This document shows, piece by piece, positions 113,701-124,000 of a DNA stretch of 124,000 nucleotides. This stretch comes from Octopus vulgaris (lineage: Eukaryota), in assembly GCA_951406725.2 (NCBI GenBank), contig OX597823.1, positions 38,212,001 through 38,336,000 of the forward strand, in the 5' to 3' direction. Numbering within the stretch: position 1 is the stretch's first letter; every line of letters starts with the position of its first letter. Made by a program: the position numbers and the translations under genes. Below the pieces are notes generated by a model, which was not told the DNA's origin, did not search any database, and saw only the letters and a list, made by a program, of their open reading frames with translations.

Positions 113701-116700
113701 GGTAGGTCTTCTCCAGCACTGCATGATGTCAATCATCACGATACTTTGTCACCACCTTGTGAGGGTCAGCATCCTGATATCAGTTACTGTATGCTCTTAG
113801 GTCTCAATCTTCTGGTTTCATTAATTTTCAGTGCTTTGTGCTTTAAGGGTCTGTCATCCAACCAAATTCTGTAATAGGTGTGTATTTTGACCTCTCTTAT
113901 AATCTGATATCCAGTAAAATAATAATGACTATCAAATTTCAATGTGAAGTCAAAAACATTACTAATTCTAAATAATTTATGCAGTGGAACATTTTGAAGA
114001 AATAAAAATATAAAAATACTTTCAGTTAATTATTTGTAAGTTTTATAATTAATGATTTATGATTGAAAGTATGATGCTATCTACTTGGAATTATTGTATA
114101 TCTTTAGGACTGAAAAACTTGAGGGAATAGTAAAACATTTCACTATTAAAATTGTTTTATTTAAGTGATTAAGATAATAAAGTATCCTTTCAGTTAATTA
114201 TTATTTACTATATTAATTATGGTTTAAAGTAGGATTAAAGAACTTAACTTATTTTGGATATCACATGTGTAAACTATGTCATCATATTCTGTATCAGTTT
114301 TATACAGTATGACAGTCCTCTCTCTCATACAAGTCTACAATTGTAAACCTCCATGTTAAAGTTTGAAGGTTCATGATTTTTTTTGGGGAAAGCTACAATA
114401 GTGGTTTCCCATTACTATCTGCCAGTTTATTCTCCTAATCTCTTGCTCTCCCAGGTTTATCTTTGACTCACAGAGCCTATTTAATTAAATATCAGTTGGA
114501 CTGTTTCATGTAACCTCAGTACATGTCCACATACCAATGAGCCTGTGTGACACAAGTCTAAGGGATAGCCCTCCTTCCCGTCTTATGTTTTAGCCATAGG
114601 ATCATTTGCTGTTTGACCCAAAACTGGGGCCCTTGATGGATACTGCCACCATCCTGGACAAGAGTGGACCTGGGAATTGTGGTGTCTAAGGAGTTACTCC
114701 TTACTCCCTCAAACTTCTAAAATTTTGAGCTAGAGTTTCCCTACCAGATGCATTTTAATATCTTACCTGGGACTATTGCAGTTCATATATACTAAATATT
114801 CAACATTTTGTACTGGCACACTTCAGCTAGTCTGCAGTGTCTCATTCCCAGATCTTTGCATTCATTGTTCCATTTTTTAGGTTCCACATCTTTACATCAT
114901 TTCTGATTCCTTTGCCTCAAATTCTCTATTTGCAACCCTTGCATTGTTGCCATCTGTTATCATTTTACTTCATTCCATTCTTATCATATGTCCATATTTA
115001 TACTGCTATCTTATTTTGGCATAAACCAATCCCTCAAATGTTCTATTGCTTTTTTTTCTGTTTTTCACTGTAAAAGTGGCAAGTATATTACTTGGTCAGT
115101 AAATCAGATTTAAACAATATTTTTCAATATATTGCAGGACTTTGCTACCCATATCTTACTGCCCTATAGTGTCATTGTTTGGAGCAGTTGTCATATAGTT
115201 CACTTTTTGAAATGAAAGCAATGATTCAATATTATCTCTTGCATTTTTCTTTTTAGACACAAGTTTTCCCTTGTTATATTATTACTTACTCTATTCTGGC
115301 ACTAATTGGGTTGTTTAGATAACAAAACTTTACTACATCCAATAGCTTATAACCTTACTACTTGCACTAATGCCTAAGGTGCACTTCATATTGATTTTCT
115401 TTTATCTATCAGTGCATCTATTGTACATGTTTTCACTGCTAACAGAGTAAAGTTGAGTTTGTTGTATCCATAAGTGATAGTAATAAATGGAATAACTGTT
115501 GTCTGGATACTGCTTGACTATACAGGTTTCTTATTGTTAACCTGTATATTCATCTTGGCCATCTTCATCATGATCTTTTCTAGATTTCAAATGGATTGAT
115601 AGTGCAATGGAAGCATAGATGTTATAAGATTGAATAGTCAATCCCTTAGACAAATTGGAGCTAAGATACTCTGAGCATGTTGCCAATTTTGACCTTACTA
115701 CAAACAACATTTGAACAGCAATCAGCAATTTCTTAATTTGTAGCATTCTTATTTTGTACATGTTGAAACCCAATTAGTTCAGCAAATGAAATATATAGTC
115801 AATTAATTTTGTCATCAGAAATTCTTTCTGCAGTTTTCTTTCCAGTGGTCTATGGTTCTCAGCTGATACAAACTTCATGCTATCCGTTTTAAGTATTGTG
115901 TTAGTCTCATTATGATTTGACTCCATTCATATATGGGTCTATCAATTCAAGTTCTTTGCAATACTTCCTCTTTATTTTCAATAACTATTCTTGGTTTTAC
116001 AGTAATTAACATAATGTTACCAAATAACACCTTCATGAATCATGCGATTAGTTAAACAAGCAATTGGGTTTGTTTTTACAGTGTGCTGCTAACACTTCGC
116101 TGATTTCCATAGTTTCGGTAGATAAGGTAGTTTTGTGACATTCGTCTTTGTTAAAATCACTGACTACATGTAATGACATTTAAATGTTATTTTTGTTTGC
116201 TTTTGCTATTAAGTGCTATTGCTTCTGTATAAACAAATACATTCTACTCTTTTGTGACGGATGCCAGGATTTTGCTCCTTTACACTACCGTCTTAATATA
116301 TCTTACATCTTTATACCTAATGTCTCTGAAACACATACCTTTCTGCTTTTGTCTTTGGCAAAGCTTCTATTGAAATATATTTTGCTGCTACTTCTCTCTC
116401 TTTTTTTCGTTCATTCATGTTTCAAGACTTGATTCGTTTAAATTTTGCTTTCTTTCCTAATGAAAAAGAAAGCAAAACTTTTATTTTTCTTGTTGCTAAG
116501 AGATTAAGTTGTTCGGTTTTCTTAGTCTACAAGGTTTTTAAGTTCAAGCTATTAGACATTAATTGTGTATCAAGTCCATGATTATTAATTTTTTTACCAT
116601 TTTTGTGGAAATATTTGCAGGGCCGACCAATGTCTTGTAAATGAATTTGATAGGTAGAAACTGTGTAGAAGTCCATCATGTGTACGTATTTGTATATGTC

Positions 116701-117062
116701 TTTCTGTCTGTTCACTATCTTCTGCTGCCACTTGACAACCACTTTTGGTTTGTTTACATCACTGTGACTTAGTGGTTTGGCAAAAGAGACTGATAGAATA
116801 AGTACCAGTCTTAAAAAACAAATACTGGAGTTGATTTTACCCTACTATGACTATAGTCCAATGACTGAAACAAATAAAAGATAAGAGATCAATCAACATT
116901 GACAAATGACTCGTTAGCATTAGGCTGTATAAACATCTGGTTCTAGAATTCCTTTACAGATTTTGTGCTCTAAGAGACATTAAATTGAAAATGAAAATAG
117001 TTTTAATGAAAAATTGTTGAAGATATACTGAAATCTGAAACCATAGAAAATTCTGTCATTAA

Positions 117063-117283
117063 CCGTTTAGCATTCAGATTACTCTGTCAAATGTAATGCA
117101 TGTTTACTAACACTGTTTTGAATGTAATCATGCATATTGCATAACTTCAATATTTTGAAGATGTGATTGTTTAATTTTAGATTCACATTCTAGGATCAGT
117201 GAGAGAAGCCAGATCTCATCAGTTTGAACATAAAACAGGTGGAATATTTGGGCCAGATATTGCCAGTTTAAATGCTTAAAAGG
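117063..117283 (-). mobile_element. piggyBac-type MITE (older copy)
   Basis: TTAA|CCGTTTAG...AAAAGG|TTAA. Reverse complement of the 98496 copy. Confidence 0.65.
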
Positions 117284-118321
117284 TTAATTCTAATTTACTA
117301 TTCCAAGAATCCTTTCTCAGTGTAGTTATTGTTGTTAACTCTACTGATTTGTTATTATTTTTCATTTATGATACATTTCAAATTTTTATTTGATCAATTT
117401 TAGTTTCAGTTGAATTTTACAAACATATTTTATGACATAGATCTAAATATATACTAAATATTTTTCATATTAATATATAAATATTTGGTATATAAATATA
117501 CTAAATATTATTAATATTTATTTCTAACAAGGACACACATTTTTAGTGGGGGTATTGTCAATTAGATTGATCAAAGTACTTGATAGGCATTTTATTTTGT
117601 TGATGTTACAATGATGAAAAGCAAAGTCAACCACAATGGGATTTCAACTCAAAATATAAAGAGTGAAAATATAAATGCCATGAAACATTTTGACTGATGC
117701 TCAACTCAGAATGCAATGTTGGCAGTAAGTGTCCTGAAACAAGTTCAAATTTTTCTGGGTTGGTAAAATAATAAATAATTTTAATTCAATCATTTGTGAG
117801 CCTACAGAAATTGGCCCTGTACTATGCAAAAAATCTATTATTGCTTATCAATTCAAATTCTGTGGAGTTGACTTTTCATTTTTCTAGGATGTATTAATGT
117901 ATTGCCTCTAACAGATATGAGTCAAAAATACTCTTTTTTTTTAAATAAATCAACTTAATGTCTAGTCAAAACAAATCAAATCTTTTATCTATTACTTGTT
118001 GCAATCACTGGACTGTGACCATGCAGGAACAATTCCTTGAGGGATTGCAGTTGAAAAATTGACCCCAATACTAAATTTCTCTTTTATTCAACCACTAAGT
118101 TATGGGAACATAAACAAATCTATAGTACTGTGGGTGAATTACAAATAGAAACATAAAAATACAAAGATACATGAATAGACAGACATCCATTGAACCACAC
118201 ACACAAACAGATATATATATATATATATATATACATGCACACACACACATACATACAAAAACACATATATTGCTATATATATATATATATAAATATGTAC
118301 ATACATAGCAATATATATATT

Positions 118322-119270
118322 TCAGATGTCGGGGCAGAAATCTGCTCCAGCATCTCATCAGTTGTTAAGACAAAACAAAAATGCTATGAAAATGACTGTT
118401 AAAAAAGGAGAAATTACTATGAAGTTGACTGTTATTAAGACAATGGACAAGACTTTTCCTGATGTATATTTTGCCATTTACAAAGATGATGCCCTAGCTT
118501 TAACCACAAATGCCAATGGACCAGCACAAAATCGGTTTAGGAAGGACATTATCCAGACCATGAAAACTTTCGGTCTTAGTATAACTACAGATACCAACCT
118601 GACGGTTGTCAATTTCCTAGATTTATCCTTAGATTTAAATAAGAATATTTACAAACCTTATAGGAAACCCAATGATAGACTTAGTTATATTAATGTAGGT
118701 TCCTGCCATCCCCCCATAGTGTTTATAAATTTAGTTAAAAACATTAGCAAAAGAATTTCTAGCCTTTCCTCTGATAGGGACATTTTTTATAGTGTTGCCC
118801 CAGTATATAATAATGCTCTAAAAGATAATGGATTTAGTGAGGACATAACCTATACACCCATTACCAGTACAATAATAAAGAAAAGGAAACATAGGAATAG
118901 GAAAACTATCTGGTTCACACCCTCTTACTCCTCTGAAGTGACCTTTAATATAGGTAAATACTTCTTATCACTTATAGATAGGCATTTTCCAATCAGTCAT
119001 AATTACAGAAAGCTCTTCAATATACATAACTTAAAAATCAGTTTTAGCTCAACTACTAATTTAAAAACTATAATCGCACACAATGCACAAAAACAACAAA
119101 ATGAAACCAGCTGTTCATGCAGGGATAAAAATATGCGCCCACTAAATGGAGCTTGCATGCCTGAGACCATCTTTTATGAAGCCACTGTAGACTCTACAAC
119201 AACTAAGGACACAGTGGGTCTCACAGAGGGGTATTTTAAAGCCAGGTTCAACGATCACAAGATTTACTAT
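118322..119270 (+). mobile_element. Naiad-type Penelope-like element: RT C-half, thumb and start of the GIY-YIG domain
   Basis: DVGAEIC; IYKDDAL; VNFLDLSLDL; YKPYRKPN; HPP; RNRKTIWF; NIGKYFL; CSCR..PLNGAC; VGLTEGYFKARFNDH. 5' flank is (TA)n. Confidence 0.9.
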
Positions 119271-119289
119271 AAGCAGTATCATGAGGTTT

Positions 119290-120310
119290 AGTAGTTTCTG
119301 CTACCTAGGTGACCAAGTTAGTAGTTGGGGTGGATGCTCAGAGAGTGTTACCACTAGAATAAGAATAGCCTGAGCAAAGTTTAGAAAGCTTCTTCCCCTA
119401 CTGGCGACAAAGAGTCTCTTGCTCAGAGTGAAAGGAAGATTGTACGATACTTGTGTGTGAACTGCTATGCTTCATGGCAGTGAAACATGGGCCATAACTG
119501 CGGAGGACATGTGTAGGCTTGAAAGAAATGAAGCTAGCATGATCCGCTGGATGTGTAATGTCAGTATGCATGCATGACAGAGTGGAAGCACCCTGAGAGA
119601 AATGTTGGACATAAGAAGCATTGGCTGTGGCATGCAGGAGAGACGTTTGTATTGGTATGGTCATGTACTATGGATGGATGAGGAGAGATGTGTGAAGAAG
119701 TGCCACTCCCAAACTGTTGAAGGAATCCGGGGTAGAGATAGACCCAGGAAGACATGGGATGAGGTGGTCAAGCATGACCTTTAAACGTTGGGCCTCACAG
119801 AAGCTATGACGAAAGACCGAGACCTCTGGAGATATGCTGTGACTGTGAAGACCTGACAAATGCAGTGAGTCCATGGCTCACAGGACGGCGTGCTGTGCTA
119901 ACCTTAGATCGTAGGGTGACCTATTGTGCTTGAGGAGACCTATTGAGTCAAGTACATCAACATCAAAATAAAAATCAAATGGAAATTGTAGTTGTGATAC
120001 TCATGCCGGTGGCACGTAAAAAGCACCATCTGAATGTGGCCAATGCCAGCGCCGCTTTGACTGGCGTCCGTGCTGGTGACATGTAAATAGCACCAACCGA
120101 TCATGGCCGTTTGCCAGCCTCCTCTGTCCCCTGTGCTGGTGGCAAGTAAAAAGTACCCACTACACTCACAGAGTGGTTGGCATTAGGAAGAGCATCCGGC
120201 TTTAGAAACACTGCCAGATCAGACTGGTGCAGCCTCTTGGCTTCCCAGACTCCGGTCAAACCGTCCAACCCATGCTAGCATAGAAAACAGATGTTAAACC
120301 ATGATGATGA
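119290..120310 (+). mobile_element. RTE LINE 3' fragment with UTR and (GAT)n tail
   Basis: RLERNEASMIRWMC...QERRLYWYGHVLWMDEE...RPRKTWDEVVKHDL. Confidence 0.85.
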
Positions 120311-120340
120311 TATATATATATATACACATATACACACAGC

Positions 120341-120385
<45 letters not shown>

Positions 120386-120650
120386 CTATATATATATATA
120401 TATAGCTATATATATATATATAGAATAATAATAATAATATTAGGGAATATGATTCCAAACTTCCAGGGAAAATTCAATTTAGTAATGCTAAATCAAATCT
120501 CACAATATATAATGCATGTATATAAATTAGAGAAGAACCATATCATTCAACAATGATATACTTAAATCATACCGTATAGAAAAAAAAAGATACAATAAAA
120601 CATTTACCTACAACTAAATAAAGTATGAAATAATAAATAAATAGTAAATA

Positions 120651-120731
120651 GACTACACGTGTTTCGTGGCTATATTTTCAAATTGTTAACAGTAAAATCA
120701 ATTCAATTTAAGTGTAGTCACTTATCCGGTC
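120651..120731 (-). ncRNA. Decayed type I hammerhead
   Basis: GAC-CGGATAA-GTGACTA…TAGCCAC-GAAAC-ACGT-GTA-GTC. Two core mismatches. Confidence 0.55.
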
Positions 120732-121361
120732 CAAGATGAAAACAATAAAATAATTAAATCAATGTACATATATTATCTTATAAGAAAATATAAATATATA
120801 TAAAAATACATAATTTTTCAATAAAAAATTGAACAAAATTCAAAAATATATCATAAAATAAAATCACAAAATATATTATCAAATATATTCTGTTAACTAA
120901 ATCTTTAAATTTAATATCTAGGACTTAGTGTTTATAATAAATTTATCTCGTTAAAAACATGGTGTAAATAAAACTGGAATAAATAGATAGAAATATTTAT
121001 TTTATCTATGAAAATATATTTTAGCTTTTGGAAGAAAAAAATGAGAAACTATAGTATGTCATTACTGGAAAATTAAAATACAAGTAATTTAAACAAAATA
121101 TTTAAAACAAAATATATATATATATATATATATAAAATACATAATATACATTAAATGAAGCTAAAATACTATAATTTAATCTATATCCATTAATTTATTT
121201 ATTTATTTATTTAATAAAAATGTAAGTTAAATCTTATTCTAATTATGTAATATATACTAAATAACTTCATGCTAACTTATATGCATAATACTACAACAAA
121301 CTATAACTACAAGAATTATATATATATATATATTTTGTTTTAATTACTTGTATTTTAATTT

Positions 121362-121400
<39 letters not shown>

Positions 121401-121943
121401 GTGCAGGTGGCACGTAAAAAGCACCCACTACACTCACGGAGTGGTTGGCGTTAAGGAAGGGCATCCAGCTGTAGAAACGTTGCCAGATAAGACCGGAGCC
121501 TGGTGCAGTCTTCTGGCTTCCCAGATCCCCGGTCGAACCGTCCAACCCATGCTAGCATGGAGAACGGACGTTAAACGATGATGATGATGATGATGATATA
121601 TATATTTACTTTAAATAAAAACCTTTGACTCTGCAGCACTGTATATAAATTCTCTACTAGGAATGACCAAGTTTTAAAACCTGCTGGATCTCACTCATAA
121701 GGGAATCTTACATTGCTTATAAACTCTATATTTAGAAGGACTCATTTAAAACTCTGTTGGTCATTTGGAGTTTTGGACTTTATTCATAGGATATTGGAAT
121801 ATTGCATATATACCAATATGCCTAAAAAATGGATTTACAACTTCAATACCCATAGATTTCTTGCATCTATTTTCTTTACTCCACCTCACTCTCTATTTTG
121901 TATCACATCTAAACTAGCTATGACTTAATTATACTCTCACACT

Positions 121944-121995
121944 GTCTCCGATGGAGGGATATAATTAATAAATATCCTAGAAACAGCTGTAAGAC
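121944..121995 (+). ncRNA. Variant or decayed type I hammerhead
   Basis: GTCT-CCGATGG-A-GGGATAT…ATATCCT-A-GAAAC-AGCT-GTA-AGAC. Confidence 0.6.
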
Positions 121996-122140
121996 CTATC
122001 TATAAATGCTCTAATATCTACACAGCCTTGGTTTTTTATCTTATTATGCAAAAAATTCTTATATATTTATATATGTATATATATAATTATATATATGTAT
122101 ATATATTTATATATACAAGTATATATATTTATATATACAA

Positions 122141-122178
<38 letters not shown>

Positions 122179-122179
122179 T

Positions 122180-124000
122180 TGAAACAGTTCAGTGCACTAC
122201 AAGATAGGACCCCTCCTCCAAAAGGATGGCTCCCTCACAGATAGTCCAACTAAGATCAGTTAGATGCTGAATTACCAGTTCAAAAGTGTCTTTACCACTC
122301 CGTTGGAACACAGACAAGTGAACGAACCAGTGGACTTCTTTGCCGCCCCACCTACAACCAGCGAGGCGGTTACAATAGAATGTATTGACATTAGCGAAAA
122401 AGATGTACTACTAGCCATAGATGAAGTGGACACAAACTCAGCTGCTGGTCCTGGCGGTTTCCCAGCCATCCTCCTCAAAGCGTGTAAGCATGCCCTGACA
122501 AAACCCCTCAAGATTCTCTTCCAGAGCTTTCTTGCGAATGTCAAACTGCCAAGCAAGCTGAAGGAGGAATAATATGCCCAATACATAAAGGGGGAAGTAG
122601 AGCAGATGCCAAAAACTATAGGCCTATCTCTCTGACTTCACACATCAGCAAAGTCATGGAACGGATAGTCAGAAAGAAACTAATCGCATTCTTTGAGGAA
122701 AATATCTTGTTGAGTGATACCCAGCATGGTTTTCGACCAGGTAGGAGCTGCCTGACCCAGCTCTTACAACATTATGACTGGGTGTTGAGGCAGTTACTCA
122801 ACAAATCAAATGTGGACGTAATCTACCTTGATTTTGCAAAAGCTTTTGACAAGGTGGATCATGGTATGATGTGCCATAAACTGTGTGACTTCGGCATAGC
122901 TGGAAAACTTGGAGTGTGGTTGCATGACTTCGTGAAAGATAGGAGTCAGGCAGTAGTGGTTAATGGAGCCACCTCTATGAACACACAAATAGTGAGCGGT
123001 GTTCTTGGGCCATCTTGGGACCACTGCTTTTTATAGTGGCCCTCTCAGATATGCCCTCAAATGCCGAGAGAGCCACTCTGGCCAGCTATGCAGACGATAC
123101 GAAAGTCTCGCAGAAAATACAGAATCCCAGCAATGTTGCACACCTGCAGCAGGAGTTGGACTCAATCTACAGATGGGCTGAGGATAATAATATGCAGGTT
123201 AATGCTGAAAAATTCCAGGCCCTGCGCTACCAGCATCCAAAACTGAATATTAAACTTACAGAATACACCGGTCCACAGGGAATTTCAATCCCAGATCCTA
123301 AGTCTGTGAGGGACCTGGGTATCGACATGAGTGATGAAACCTCTTTCCAAGTGCACATTACCAGGATGGTGACAAAGTGCAGACGACTGGCTGGGTGGAT
123401 CCTAAGAACATTCAGAACCAGAGATAAGGAAACCATGATGGTCCTCTGGCAGACATTCGTCCTCAGCCACCTGGATTACTGCTCAAAGCTATGGTCACCC
123501 ACCAGTGTAAAATTAACAGCGGACCTTGAAGCAATCCAGAGATGATTCACAAAGAAGATCGTCCCTTTGCAACCGCTCAGCTACTGGGAAATGTTGAAAC
123601 AGCTAAGACTCTACTCCCTGGAGAGAAGACGGGAGAGGTATGCAGTAATATATGTCTGGAAGATCCTGGAAGGAATTGTGCCAAATTTTGGCATTGAAAG
123701 CTACACCAATGCTAGAACGGGACGACACTGCATAGTGCCAAAGATCCCAGCAATGCCATCACGCTTCAGGACCAGCTTCTGCAACAGCCTGGGTTTCAAG
123801 GGCCCACAGCTTTTTAATATTCTCCCAAAGAGTCTGAGGAACTTGCACAAAGTAGATGTAGCGGTTTTTAAATCAAAGCTGGACATCTTCCTGTCAAGAG
123901 TCCCAGATGAACCTACCTCACGGCAAGAGGTGCAAATGAGAGTAGCTATATCAAACTCCATTCTTCACCAAGTGCCACATATTAGACGAGGTTCGTTGTA
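122180..124000 (+). mobile_element. 5'-truncated CR1/L2-like LINE (RT to 3' end) with frameshifts
   Basis: SAAGPGGFP; NYRPISLTS; QHGFRPGRSC; YLDFAKAFDKV; SYADDTK; VRDLGI; HLDYCSKLWSP. Confidence 0.9.

Noticed and set aside
115500-116040. Non-repetitive coding-like minus-strand stretch
   Set aside because: Interrupted by stops in all frames and not assignable to a family.

Overview
Eukaryotic, AT-rich, repeat-dominated DNA with dense (TA)n/(CA)n/(TACA)n/(GAT)n/(TAA)n microsatellites. The repeat repertoire is what I associate with octopus/coleoid cephalopod genomes (inference, not searched). No complete protein-coding gene is recognisable. Almost all ORFs in the supplied track are microsatellite translations or decayed transposon fragments: RTE, CR1/L2-like and R4/Dong-like LINEs, Penelope-like elements (Naiad- and Neptune-type), Tc1/mariner/maT, one Helitron, piggyBac and hAT MITEs, a probable solo LTR and several tRNA-derived SINE families. 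A CpG-richer, TE-poor stretch at about 106.3-109.9 kb looks like a promoter region with candidate first exons on both strands. The main hidden signal is about 16 type I hammerhead-ribozyme (HHR) or HHR-derived motifs from roughly ten unrelated sequence families. They sit in short non-coding units, usually flanked by (TA)n, with 5' inversions, fold-back palindromes and partial tandem repeats. Structurally intact examples are the convergent pair at 20582-20669(-)/21372-21459(+) and the tandem pair at 78640-78736/79132-79228 (492-nt period). Coordinates were counted by hand, and those of decayed repeats are approximate.
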